Shown piece by piece: positions 43,059 through 54,200 of a stretch of 64,000 bases of DNA. The position numbers and the translations under genes were made by a program. The stretch covers positions 103,618 to 167,617 of the forward strand of contig DXWI01000002.1 in the NCBI GenBank assembly GCA_019416935.1, given 5' to 3'. Source of the stretch: Clostridiales bacterium (GTDB lineage: Bacteria; Bacillota; Clostridia; Christensenellales; CAG-138). Under the pieces are notes generated by a model. The model had not been told where the DNA came from, did not search any database, and saw only the letters and a list, made by a program, of their open reading frames with translations. Each line of letters opens with the position of its first letter. Within the stretch, counting starts at the first letter, position 1.

Positions 43059-43874
43059 TTACCTCTCTTTTGTTTTTTTGCGTTTCGGTGGTTGCTTATG
43101 CTGTGTTTGTTTTGTTTTAGAACGGGCAGGGGCAGAAGAATGGTTTTGCCGCTCCTCTTTCATATCCCTGATCTGCTGTCTGACAGACGGACGCTCACGA
43201 GTATTCACCGTTTCTGTATTTTCGCTGTGCTCGGATAAAGGCGCGGACGGACTCGATTTCGCCATCCCCGCCTTCGTAGGGTTTGGGCAATCTTCCGAAA
43301 TCTCCACAGGCTGCTTCTGCGGCGTTTGCTGTATAGGCTCTGCATTGCCCATCATCTCGTCCAGTGTTGCGTCGTCTATGGTATGTGCATCTTTTTCCGC
43401 CGTGGGGTCTGTACGTTCCTTATGATCTGTATTTTGGGATTTTTCCTCCTTTGCTTTGAGTATGGTTTCGCGCAGTTTTTCAACTTCTTCGGCTGACATG
43501 GCAAAGCGTTCGGAGATACGGTTCACCCTTGCCGCGTCATTGGCATTGACAACGACGTCTACCATACCATCGTTGTCTTTTTTGCTCATGATAGCGGCAT
43601 ACAGGACGCCGTATTTTTTTGCCTCCACAGCAAACTGCGAAAAATCCTCCCTGCGCATGACAAATACTTTTGTCGGTTTTCCGCGAAAGGCTTCAATACG
43701 GGTTTTTCCTTTGGTTCGCTTTTGTTCCTTAAGTGCTGCTATTAAAAAAGTTGCAAGGGAAATCAGTCCCTTGCCGGTTAAATTTGCGACGACCTCAACA
43801 CCCTTTACGGTCGTTCTTGTCGCCAGATCGACCACCTGTTCCGCTGCTTCTCCGTGTGCAGACATTTTCATCAT
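43059..43874 (-). CDS. PcfB-family (DUF3801-like) conjugation protein
   Basis: AEQVVDLATRTTVKGVEVVANLTGKGLISLATFLIAALKEQKRTKGKTRI... is the typical PcfB N-terminus. Start ambiguous: ATGs at 43874, 43871 and 43865, with AAGGAG upstream. Confidence 0.6.
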   Translation of the reverse strand: MMKMSAHGEAAEQVVDLATRTTVKGVEVVANLTGKGLISLATFLIAALKEQKRTKGKTRIEAFRGKPTKVFVMRREDFSQFAVEAKKYGVLYAAIMSKKDNDGMVDVVVNANDAARVNRISERFAMSAEEVEKLRETILKAKEEKSQNTDHKERTDPTAEKDAHTIDDATLDEMMGNAEPIQQTPQKQPVEISEDCPNPTKAGMAKSSPSAPLSEHSENTETVNTRERPSVRQQIRDMKEERQNHSSAPARSKTKQTQHKQPPKRKKTKER

Positions 43875-44002
43875 CTCCTTTTCATGTATTTTGAGGTATA
43901 TAAAAAGGCACTCCGATTCGGAGTGCCTTGTGTAGAAAAAACATAAATTGCTTAACAAGCCCATGTATAGAAACGTAATATCATTTGCAACAGTTTATCC
44001 GC

Positions 44003-45181
44003 TTATTTCAACACCTCAAATTCATACCGCCGTTTTACCAGCTTACGCTTTACAATTCCCGCTTCTTCCAGCTTGAATAAGTCCTGTCGAGCGGTTTCCG
44101 TTACGACGCCAAATTTCTTTTCCCATGCTTTAATGGTAACGTTGTTATTTGGACTTTTCAGCAGCCACTCTGCGCCTGCAAGGAGGCGATCATTTGCGCC
44201 GGACGCTTTGAGCTGTTTTAATTGTTCCTCCATGACGACCTTGTTTACCAGTCTGTCTTCCATCGTTTTTACTGCACGAGCCAGCATACCGATATAATAG
44301 TCGATAAAATAAGTCATATCAAAATCGTCATCTTCCACATCTTTAATCGCTTTGTAGTATTTCGACCGTTCTTCTGCAATGACGCCGGAGATAGAGAAAT
44401 ACCGAAAGAAATCATACCCCGCTTGCAGTAATATCATATAGGAAAGAGCGCGGGCGGTTCTGCCGTTTCCATCTATAAACGGATGAACATACACAAAGTA
44501 GAAGTGTGCAACACACGCCTTAATAAGAGGTGAAAGTTCGCTTTCTGCAATAAAAGTAATCAGAGCGCCCATCATTTTGGGTACTTTTTCTGCCTCCGGA
44601 GCGGTATGCACAATTTCGCCTCTTTGGGAGCGGACAAACACCAGCTCGCTGCGGTAACGGTCGCTTGCCGCCGATTCTTCCAAGGTATCCTTTGTTACCA
44701 GCGAATAGATTTGGAATATCGTTTTCTCCGTGATAGGCGCGTCGATATTTTCAAGCACATAGGTCAGCGCCTCGTAATTATTTTTTACCATCTGTTCCGA
44801 TTTGTTTTTCGGCGTGCGACCTTCTCGGATAAATGCCTGCGCTTCTTTTCTGGTAGTAAATGCGCCCTCGATGACGCTGGAGTATACGGCTTCGTCTAAA
44901 ACAGCTTCTTCAAAAGCCGCTTTATATTCCGGGCGGTCAAATATGATTTCGCGCCGTGCAAGAGCAATGACCTTCTCCGATTCATCTATGATATGATCCG
45001 TAAGAACCCACCAAAAGGCACTTCCGTCTATCGCAGAAAGCGGCAGCTTTTCTGATGCTTCCTTTCTTGCTTTTTGCAGCTCGGGCCACACCTGGGAGAT
45101 GGGCGTGGATACCGGCAGGCGATGAATGATCTCCCGCCTCGGAAGATAGTTTTTCAAATATTGTTCTACGATTTCACGCAT
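44003..45181 (-). CDS. Fic-family protein (class II-like, with C-terminal wHTH-like region)
   Basis: Canonical Fic motif HPFIDGNGRTAR. Upstream SSVIEG fits the inhibitory [ST]xxxE[GN] motif. 392 aa. Confidence 0.85.
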   Translation of the reverse strand: MREIVEQYLKNYLPRREIIHRLPVSTPISQVWPELQKARKEASEKLPLSAIDGSAFWWVLTDHIIDESEKVIALARREIIFDRPEYKAAFEEAVLDEAVYSSVIEGAFTTRKEAQAFIREGRTPKNKSEQMVKNNYEALTYVLENIDAPITEKTIFQIYSLVTKDTLEESAASDRYRSELVFVRSQRGEIVHTAPEAEKVPKMMGALITFIAESELSPLIKACVAHFYFVYVHPFIDGNGRTARALSYMILLQAGYDFFRYFSISGVIAEERSKYYKAIKDVEDDDFDMTYFIDYYIGMLARAVKTMEDRLVNKVVMEEQLKQLKASGANDRLLAGAEWLLKSPNNNVTIKAWEKKFGVVTETARQDLFKLEEAGIVKRKLVKRRYEFEVLK

Positions 45182-45234
45182 AACAGTTCTCCATTTATAT
45201 TCTAATTATCTTCTATTTTACTTCTAATCATGTC

Positions 45235-46608
45235 CTATTTCAAGACGGAATATTCATTTTTTTCGGTTTGCCTGTTCGCACATTTTTTACGATACAGGCT
45301 TTGCTCCTTTGTCTGCTCGTTTTGCCGTAAAATCTTCTCTGCCCGCTCTGCAATATCGCCGCACACTCGCACATCTCGGCGCAGTGTTTTTAGCTCGCCA
45401 GATATACTGCTGATTTGCGCCATGATTTCTGCTTCCCGCATGGGGGAAGTGCCTATGCGTCGTTTTTCATTCATCAGCCCCTTTCTTTCAGAGGTCAATT
45501 TTTCAATCGTTTGCTCCGCATTTTTCTCAAAATCTGCAAGCTGCTCAGGCGTATCTATTTTGTGCCGGATCAGAAATTTGTTCTGCTCGCTGATCTTGTC
45601 CAACTGCCGGAGATCTTCCCGAATGAGATAGGACACACGTTCTGAGGGTTGGTGTTGTGCTATCCGCAGCTTTCTGAGGTAGAAAAAATACAGCGCACGA
45701 AGTCCTTTCCAGGTAATCTTGGATAATCGAAAATCTCCATACACCTTTACATGAATTACTCTTTTAGGCTTTGGCTCATGCGTTTTCCGTGGAGAGCGTT
45801 GTCGTAATATCCGTTGCCTGATAGCTTCTTCCGTATAGTTTTCACCTAAGGAGCGCAGGCGCACAAAGCGCTCTTTTCCCGGTGGACGCACTGCGATATG
45901 CTTTACACCTGTCTTTACTTCGTAGCCCTGTTCTCTAAGCGCACGCACAAAGGCGCTCCACGTCATGGACACTAACACTGACCGGTCTACATCCTCGCGA
46001 ATGGCGCTGCGCCATGTGCGTTGTCCATTTTGTTCTGCCTGCCATTCCGCATAATGTTTGGGATAATACGCCTGGTGTTCCGTAATGACCGACAAGCCAT
46101 ATTCCCGGCACAACCTGTCGGAGGCTGCACGCATTTTTTTGTAGCTTTCCCGGCAGGCGTTAAATTTTCTGCCATGCAGAAAGGATACGGAATTGAGAAC
46201 AAAGTGGTTATGGAAGCAGTGGGTGTCGAGATGCGTCGCCACGATCACCTCAAAATCCGGCCACAGCTCCTTTGCCAGCGTCACGCCGATTTTATGCGCC
46301 GTGTCCGCGTCCACCTCGCCTTCGACAAAGGATTGATACCCGTGCCATGCAAGAATCCCGTCCGTTTTGTCGTACCGGCGTTTGGTCATCTGCATTTGCT
46401 CCCGAGCATAGTCGGTATTGCAGTTTAAGGCGGTCACATAAAACTGCTTCTCTGTTTTCGCGTCGTCCATTGCATAGTCCATCACATCTCTCATGGTCTG
46501 ATAATCCGTCTTGCTCCACGCAGGGTTTTCCGTCTTTATTTCGTCTTTTGCGTAATCCACTACGCGTGAAAGGTTGCTGCCGACCTTCCAGATTCGCGTC
46601 GTCGCCAT
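45235..46608 (-). CDS. Relaxase/mobilisation nuclease domain protein
   Basis: 457 aa. His triad in HLDTHCFHNHFVLN. N-terminal MATTRIWKV...YAKDE is typical of the relaxase family that is paired with MobC. Confidence 0.85.
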   Translation of the reverse strand: MATTRIWKVGSNLSRVVDYAKDEIKTENPAWSKTDYQTMRDVMDYAMDDAKTEKQFYVTALNCNTDYAREQMQMTKRRYDKTDGILAWHGYQSFVEGEVDADTAHKIGVTLAKELWPDFEVIVATHLDTHCFHNHFVLNSVSFLHGRKFNACRESYKKMRAASDRLCREYGLSVITEHQAYYPKHYAEWQAEQNGQRTWRSAIREDVDRSVLVSMTWSAFVRALREQGYEVKTGVKHIAVRPPGKERFVRLRSLGENYTEEAIRQRILRQRSPRKTHEPKPKRVIHVKVYGDFRLSKITWKGLRALYFFYLRKLRIAQHQPSERVSYLIREDLRQLDKISEQNKFLIRHKIDTPEQLADFEKNAEQTIEKLTSERKGLMNEKRRIGTSPMREAEIMAQISSISGELKTLRRDVRVCGDIAERAEKILRQNEQTKEQSLYRKKCANRQTEKNEYSVLK

Positions 46609-46609
46609 A

Positions 46610-46933
46610 TCATAACCTTTCCGGCTGCGTGACCGCCGCCTGTATCTCCAGTACCTTTTCCATGAGCCGTCTGTAATTTAGGGCATAACCCTCTTTCAAG
46701 AAAAAACCCGTGGCATTTGCACGGGCAGCGATCTGGTGGAGGTTGTTGCCGATGGCATTTAGTTCTCGTATTAGACGGTGATACTCAAGCGGCGGCGCTT
46801 CTTTTGGAGAATAGCCATTCAGCAGGAAACGCAGATAGGCTTCCTCGGAAAGTCCGCATTTCTTTGCATGGTTTCTAAGTCTTTGCTGTTCTTTTGCAGT
46901 TAACCGTACCAGTTTTCCAATTGTTCTTTTCAA
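46610..46933 (-). CDS. MobC-family relaxosome accessory protein
   Basis: RLTAKEQQRLRNHAKKCGLSEEAYLRFLL...LNAIGNNLHQIAARAN. 107 aa, located directly upstream of the relaxase. Confidence 0.8.
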   Translation of the reverse strand: MKRTIGKLVRLTAKEQQRLRNHAKKCGLSEEAYLRFLLNGYSPKEAPPLEYHRLIRELNAIGNNLHQIAARANATGFFLKEGYALNYRRLMEKVLEIQAAVTQPERL

Positions 46934-46959
46934 ACCTGCACCTCCTTTTTTGTATCGGG

Positions 46960-47035
46960 GTTTAAGGGTACTCCCTTACGGGCGGATTGTGATATCACAA
47001 TCCAATGCTCGTTAGTGAAACGCAAAAGCGTTTCC
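46960..47035. promoter_or_regulatory. Candidate oriT region
   Basis: Three hairpins lie immediately upstream of mobC: taaggg/ccctta (46963-46978), the perfect 20-bp palindrome ggattgtgatatcacaatcc (46984-47003), and gaaacgc/gcgtttc (47017-47034). Confidence 0.45.
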
Positions 47036-47061
47036 CCAATGATTACTTCCCGAAAGAAAGA

Positions 47062-47250
47062 TTATCTTTCATGTGTTCGTTCGGGTAACCGCGCTCTGAA
47101 TGTAACGCCTTGAAAAGCTTCCGCATTGAGAATATAATCGCCATCTCTCCATCTGTCAGATACGATTTGTTCCGCCTCCAGACGATTCTTGGCTTCCACT
47201 TCTACGGTCATTCTAAGCGTTTCTGTAATAGTCACTTCATAGGTTTTCAT
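47062..47250 (-). CDS. DpnD/PcfM-like small protein
   Basis: 62 aa. MKTYEVTITETLRMTVEVEAKNRLEAEQIVSDRWRDGDYIL resembles the PcfM/DpnD pattern (from memory). Confidence 0.5.
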   Translation of the reverse strand: MKTYEVTITETLRMTVEVEAKNRLEAEQIVSDRWRDGDYILNAEAFQGVTFRARLPERTHER

Positions 47251-48245
47251 CGTGCTATTTCCTCCTTTGAGAGTTTCTTTTTTGTGCTTCGCGTTTTGAT
47301 ATCGGCGTCAATTCCTTTCTCTTTCATGAGCATTTCGTTGTAGTCCTTGCCGTAAGTGGGTGGGAGATAGGTGATCTCGTAGCCTTTCTTCAGTAACGAG
47401 ATCAGCGTTTGCGCCGCGCTCTGTCCTGCTTCGTCCGCGTCAAGACAAAGCCTAATCTTTTCTATCTGCGGGCTGCTCTCCAAAAACTGTGCAAGCGCAA
47501 GCGGCAAAGGGGTATCCAGTGAAAACTCGTCACAGGACTGATAAACACCGGAAAGAGAGAGGTAGTTATCCGGTTTCCACATCCGGTTTCCTTCGCGCTG
47601 CAATTCCACAAAGGAAAGGCAGTCTATGGCGCTTTCAAATACATATAGCGTTTTTTTCTCGTTGCGTGGCAGAGAAAAGGAGAACCTCTTGTCGCTGCCC
47701 TCCGATTCGCGTAAAAAAACAGAAGCGGGATTACTGCTTCTCATCATGGCGTATCTCGGGGTTTTTTTCTCGTCAAAGCCGACAAACACACAGTTGTGAC
47801 GGGTATCCTCATAAAGAAGTCCCATATCAATACACTTTTTGAGTAATTCCTGCGACAATCCTCGCGCACGAAGATAGCGAACCGCCCGTTCGTTGTCCGC
47901 ATTTGCAGGAGGCAAACAAAAGGGCTTTTTCTTAGGTGGCTTTGACGTGTAGACGGGGGAAGGCGGAGCATATCCCGCCTTATCACACAGATAGCGGACG
48001 GCGCTTACAAAGCCCATTTCCCGCACCTTTACGAGATAATCAAGGGCGGACACGCCGCCATAGCCCCGTGACCAGCGATACCACTTGCCGTTGGAGATTT
48101 TAAGGCTGTCGTTGGATCGGGTAGAATACACACCCGACGCTACTTTTACCAGCTCATGCGGTTCATACTGCTGTAAATATGAAAGCAGATCGAGTTTTCG
48201 TGCCTGCTCGATCTGCTCTTTTGATACCTGTTTATCTGATAGCAT
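47247..48245 (-). CDS. DUF3991/Toprim-domain protein (primase-like)
   Basis: GAGGTGA upstream of the ATG at 48245. N-terminal IEQARKLDLLSYLQQYEPHELVKV and a C-terminal Toprim-like LYVFESAIDCLS...RLCLDADEAG. Confidence 0.65.
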   Translation of the reverse strand: MLSDKQVSKEQIEQARKLDLLSYLQQYEPHELVKVASGVYSTRSNDSLKISNGKWYRWSRGYGGVSALDYLVKVREMGFVSAVRYLCDKAGYAPPSPVYTSKPPKKKPFCLPPANADNERAVRYLRARGLSQELLKKCIDMGLLYEDTRHNCVFVGFDEKKTPRYAMMRSSNPASVFLRESEGSDKRFSFSLPRNEKKTLYVFESAIDCLSFVELQREGNRMWKPDNYLSLSGVYQSCDEFSLDTPLPLALAQFLESSPQIEKIRLCLDADEAGQSAAQTLISLLKKGYEITYLPPTYGKDYNEMLMKEKGIDADIKTRSTKKKLSKEEIAR

Positions 48246-48249
48246 TTTG

Positions 48250-51200
48250 TCACCTCGCTTCACCGACACATAGCGGCGATATTTCCTCCTGTTCTTCCGG
48301 CAGGGTATCCAGATTTTCCGGCTCTCGTTTGTCAATGCTTAACAGTGCATCGAGTGTGGCGAGCCGCTTCGTTTTTTCTGCAAGCTCCTGTTCCTGCTGA
48401 AAGGGTTTCTGAATCTCCAGCTTTGCATTTTCAAGCTGTGTATTTAACTCCTGTATGCTTTTGTTGCAGGTATCCAGACGCTCCGGCAATTTACTCAGTG
48501 CATTTTCCATGCGCTGTATATTGCCAAGCACATCTGCGCCAAGGTCTACGGTATGCGACGCCATACCTTTCATCGTCAAACGGAAGGTTTTTGCAACCGT
48601 GTCATAGTGCAAAAGCAGTGTGAATCCGCGATACATACCGATTTCCCTTTGCTCCGGGTTGGTCATGGACTTACAAATACCGATCAGCTCCGTACCGGCG
48701 TCCTTCTTTTCCGCATATTGCTGATCCTGCAAGGTCATTCCCGGAAAGTCGTCCGTTTTGTTTTGCCCGTATAACGCAATGTCGGCAGCATAATCCTGAG
48801 CCCGTTCCGTCATATAGCGGATTTCACTCGGGAAGTATTTGAGCACTTTATCTTCCAGCGCGTATTTCTGGCTCAGGTAGTTGGCTTTTACGAGTTTGAG
48901 CCGTGCAACTTCCACGTCAAGTGTCATCTTTTCCATGATATATGGATTGTCTACGGCAAGCGCCTTTACCTCTGCATAAGAAAGCGCCTGTTCGTCGATG
49001 TCCTCACAAGAGCGAACAGGCGTTTTGGAAGTCATGATTTGGCTGATAAATTTCTGTTTGTTTTCAATCGTTTGCCACATATAGGCGTCAAACGTACCTT
49101 TAGTCACATATCGGTATACCTCCACATGATTGTTTTCGTTTCCCTGCCGAATCATTCTGCCTTCGCGCTGTTCAATATCCGATGGCCTCCAGGGAATGTC
49201 CAGATGGTGCAAGGCAATCAGTTTGCGCTGCACATTCGTTCCTGCGCCCATCTTAAAGGTGCTGCCGATCAGTACCCGCACCTGTCCGGCGCGGACTTTG
49301 GAAAAGAGGGCGCTTTTCTGCACCTCGGTCTTTGCGTCATGGATAAAGGCAATCTCAGACTTGGGAATCCCTTGCTCCATGAGTCTTTCTTTCAAATCCG
49401 TATACACGTCCTGAAAGATTGGTGCTGCTTCCAGCTCGTTTCCGGCACTTTCTCCCGGATTCGCGGATTTTGGTGTAGACAGGTCGCAAAAGACAAGCTG
49501 CGTCAGCGCCTGTTCTCGCGTTCTTTCCCATACGGAGTAAATGTTTGCGGCGCAGATGTTGACTTTGCTGTTTTCATCATCGGGCAGCATACTGTTTACC
49601 AGCCGCTGTTCGAGTGCGAGTTTGCGCCCGTCATTTGTAATACGGAGCATATTGTCGATATGCGGATCCACATCACCGCTGCGCACTTTTTCTGCCCGGT
49701 CTGCAAGAGCCGATACCATATCTTTCTGATATCCAGACGGTTCAAGAGACACATTGATATACTCTGCTTCCGGTACGGGGAGATTCAGCATATCTGCGGT
49801 TTGAATGTCCGCGACCTCCTTGAACATGGAAATCAGCTCGGGCAGATTGTAGAACCGCGAAAACCGCGTTTTTGCCCGGTAACCCGTTCCCTCCGGCGCA
49901 AGCTCGATGGCTGTGACCGTCTCTCCGAAAGTGGAAGCCCATGCGTCAAAGTGCGTCAAATTTTTTGCCTTCAAAAGATCATATTGCAAATATCGCTGCA
50001 TGGTATACATCTCCGTCATGGAATTGCTGATAGGCGTTCCTGTTGCAAACACAACTCCTTTGCCGCCCGTCAGCTCGTCCATGTATCTGCATTTCATAAA
50101 CAGATCGCTGCTTTTTTGCGCTTCAGTCTGAGATAGTCCTGCCACATTGCGCATTTTTGTGACGAGAAACAGGTTCTTGTAGAAATGCGCCTCGTCCACA
50201 AACAATCTGTCTACGCCGAGTTCCTCAAAGGTGATGACGTCGTCTTTGCGGCTCTGGTCACTGAGTTTTTCCAGCTTCAGTTTCAAGTTTTTTCGGAGCT
50301 TCTCCATTTGCTTGATGGTGAAGCGCTCTGCCCGCTCCTGTTTCGCCTGGGCGATTCCCTGGGTGATTTCGTCGATCTGCTCTTGCAATATTGCCGCCTG
50401 TTTCTCCCTGCTCAACGGGATTTTTTCAAACTGAGAGTGCCCGATGATAACGGCGTCGTAGTCGCCCGTGGCGATTCTGGAGCAGAACCGCTTGCGATTG
50501 TGCGTTTCAAAGTCCCGCTTCGTCGCAACAAGGATATTTGCTGCCGGATAAAGCTGTAAGAACTCGCTTGCCCATTGTTCGGTTAAATGATTGGGAACAA
50601 CGAACAGGCTTTTTTCACAAAGGCCAAGCCGTTTACTCTCCATGGCAGCAGCGGTCATTTCAAAGGTTTTGCCTGCACCTACCACATGACCTAACAGGGT
50701 GTTGCCGCCGTACAATATCCTCGCCACGGCGTTTGTCTGGTGCTGCCGCAGCGTAATTTCGGGGTTCATGCCCACAAACCGAATATGGCTGCCGTCGTAT
50801 TCCCGGGGACGAATGGAGTTAAATTCCTCGTTATACAGTTTGGTAAGCAAATCGCGCCTCGCTGCGTCCTTCCAGATCCATTCGGCAAACTGGTCCTTGA
50901 TTGCCTGCTGCTTTTGCTGTGCAAGAATCGTTTCCTTTTTGTTCAGTACCCGCTGTTCATTTCCGTTGATATCCTGAACGGTATCAAACACACGGACGTC
51001 TTTGAGGTTCAGCGTTTCTTCGATGATCTTGTAGGCATTTACCCGTTTTGTCCCATAGGTGATATTGACTGCGACATTTTCGTAGTCGGCGTTTTTGTTC
51101 TCGATATTCCAGATTGCCGTCGGTCTGGAATAACGTACTTTGATCTTGTTTCTGGCGTAATAAGAAGGAGACAGGAGATCAAATATAAATTGCTGAACCG

Positions 51201-54200
51201 TCTCCACGGGAAGCCAGGTTGCGCCAAGCCGCACGTCGATCTCACTGGCGCTAAGATCTTTCGGCTGCACGCTTGTAAGGGCTTCCACATTGGCGGTGTA
51301 ATCTTCTGAATTTAGCGCCATGCTGCGCTTTGCCCATTCCAGCTTTTCGCGGACATTGCCCGAAAGATATTCATCGGCGGGTAGATATTTCTCCTGCTCT
51401 TTGCTGCCGTAACCATGCATGGGATTTAAGAAGATAGCCCCTTTTAGCTCATCGAAAAGCTGTTCTTCCGTCTTTCCGGTAAGCTCAATCATATATGCCA
51501 TATCCACTTTAGCCTTTTCACCAATGGACAGGGCAAGTGCTTCCGAAGCCGTATCGACCGACGTAATAGTGCTTTGCTGCCGGATCGTGCGCTTTGTAAA
51601 CATATCCGCTTTGCGCTTCAGATTTCCATACTCGTCCAGTTCCTCGAGCGAACAGAGCAGCGGATAGCTGCTGTCGTCTGAAAAAGCCAGCCTGTTAGCG
51701 CGGGAATTGAGCAATCCGTACTGCTTCGTATAACCGTCGTACAGGGTGTTTAAGTTTTTCTGTTCCCGCTCTATGACCTCGTCCGGATAGCCTTCCATCT
51801 GGTATTCGATCAAGCGCCTTGTACAGTCTCGGATCTCCATCATGCCTTTCACGCGGTTCTCGGCGGTGAGCGACATTTCTATCCTTTTCATGCGGCTGTT
51901 TTCGCGGTAATAGATATTGCCGTCTGCAAGAGTGAATGAGAAATTCCGTACAGACGGATCGGCGGGAATACTTTCTTCTGTTTCTTCGGCGAATTCTTCC
52001 TGCTGGTCACGGTCGTATTCCGTGATGTTGCCATGTATATTGGAAATGGCGTCCGCAAGCTGATCGGAAAGTTCTGCACCGGCAAGCGGCTTCACAGTAC
52101 ATTCCTGTTTGCCGTACTGCGTGCTTTCCTCGGTCAGTTCACCCAGCACCATGTCGGGATTGTCCACAAAGTATTGGTTTATGGCATATCCCTGTTCCGT
52201 TTTACCAAGATGTACCCATGCAGGCTCGATAGCAACGGGGCGGTCACGCTTTTGTAGAAACAAAATGTCGGTTACGACGCCTGTACCTGCGTTGGCAAGA
52301 AAGGCATTGTTTGGCAAGCGGATTGCTCCCAGAAGTTCTGCCCGCTCGGCAATGTACTTGCGAACCGCAGGATTCTTTTTGTCCATCGTACCCGATGAGG
52401 TAATGAACGCCACCACGCCGCCGGGGCGCACCTTGTCCAAAGTTTTGGCAAAAAAGTAGTCGTGAATTAAAAAACGGTGTTTGTCATATCGTTTATCTGC
52501 GACGCCATAATCGCCGAACGGAACATTGCCGATGGCGAGATCGAAAAAGCTGTCTGGCAGATTGGTTGCTTCAAAACCTTCAATCGCAATGTTTGCCGTC
52601 TGATAAAGCTGCCGTGCGATTCTGCCCGTGATCGGGTCAAGTTCCACACCGTAGAGCTTGCTGTTCTTCATACTTTCGGGCAGTAAGCCAAAGAAATTGC
52701 CGATCCCGCAGGACGGCTCTAGCACATTGCCCGTGGTGAAACCCATGTTCTCAATGCACTTGTAAATCGCCCTTATGACCGTGGGACTGGTATAATGCGC
52801 GTTGAGCGTGGAAGCTCTTGCCGCCTCGTATTCTTCGGGGGATAAAGCTGTGTACAGCTCCATAAACTCAGATGCCCATGCAGCGTTGTCCTCGTCAAAG
52901 GCTTGAGGAATGCCGCCCCAGCCCACATAGCGGGATAAAACCTCCTGTTCCTCGGGGGTTGCAAGGCGGTTTCCCAGCTCAATGGTCTGCAAGGTGTTGA
53001 TCGCGTCCATATTCATGCGAAACTTGGCTTTTGCACCGCCGTGACCGAGGTTGTCGTCCGTGATATGGAAATTGTGTTTTAATGGTTTTTCCTGATCGGG
53101 CGCTGTTTTCAGCGTTCTAATTTCTATATCAAAGGGAAGATTGTTTTTTTCGGCAGGGTAAAAAGCGACGGTGGTTTCGAGTGTAGATGGTTGTTCATGA
53201 TTGCTTTCTTCTGAAAACTTATCTATCGCCAGTATGCCATCAAATGCTTCAATTTCTTCCCGTGTTTCAGCAACAGCTTCCGTGCCATCGTCATAGCAGA
53301 GGTAAACGATTTCACCCATATCAAACATTTCAAGAGCCTCAGTTTTATCCAGCAGCTCCATGTCGGCAAATCTGTCGCTTTCTTCTTCGGGCAGTTTCTC
53401 TTGAAGATTTGGCTCGGTCACAGTTCGATGGGTCATGGTGGGATAAAAGGCTGCGTTGCGCTCGTCCTGTTCCAACAAATGATGGAATGTCTCGCGATTT
53501 TCCGCCCGAAAAACAGGGTACAGGAGCGCGGGGTCAAGGAGCTGCACCTCGCTGTCCGTAATACGGGTAATCTGAAAAGCGGTACCTTCAAGGTAGACGG
53601 TATCTCCTACGGCGTACACATAAGGGGTTTCCCCTTCAGAGCGTTGAGGCGCTTTCGCCGGCTGCTCTGCGTTTTCCACGATCAGATGGTCGTTCTGTGG
53701 ATTTTCCCGCAAACGCCTCTCGAACACATCTCGTGGCATATCTTCCGACAGCAGGGGGTATTTCGGGTCGGATAGCGTAACGGTATTCTCGTCGTATCCA
53801 AGTACGGTATAACTTTGCGCGCCAAGCTGTACTTCGTCGCCAAGAGAATAGCGGTATTGCGCGTCCTTACGTTTTTCGTCCATAGCAGCGGCAGCAGCCT
53901 GCAAGGCTTCCCGTGCTGCTGCTTCTTCGCGCATGACAGCACGGCGCTGCGCTTCTTCCTTTTCATATGCAGGCAAACTTGCCTTTTCTTTTTCGGACAG
54001 GTAACGATCAAGCGCAATCAGTTCTGAAATACGGGAATGTACGGCGTTCCACCGAAACAGCATTTTATGGCGAAAACCACTATCCGAAAACTCAATCCCT
54101 TTTCCGTCGTGGCCAACAAAACCGCTGCTACCGTCCAGATAAGTGTGGGAATGACCACCGATCCCGTATTCTTTTTTCAAAAATTGAATGGCGCTCTCTT

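Noticed and set aside
49039-54017. Other ORFs overlapping the polyvalent gene (for example 49039..50136 +, 50740..51309 +, 53682..54017 -)
   Set aside because: Unlike the TnpV frame, they have no RBS, no family-like sequence pattern, and compositions typical of off-frame translation.
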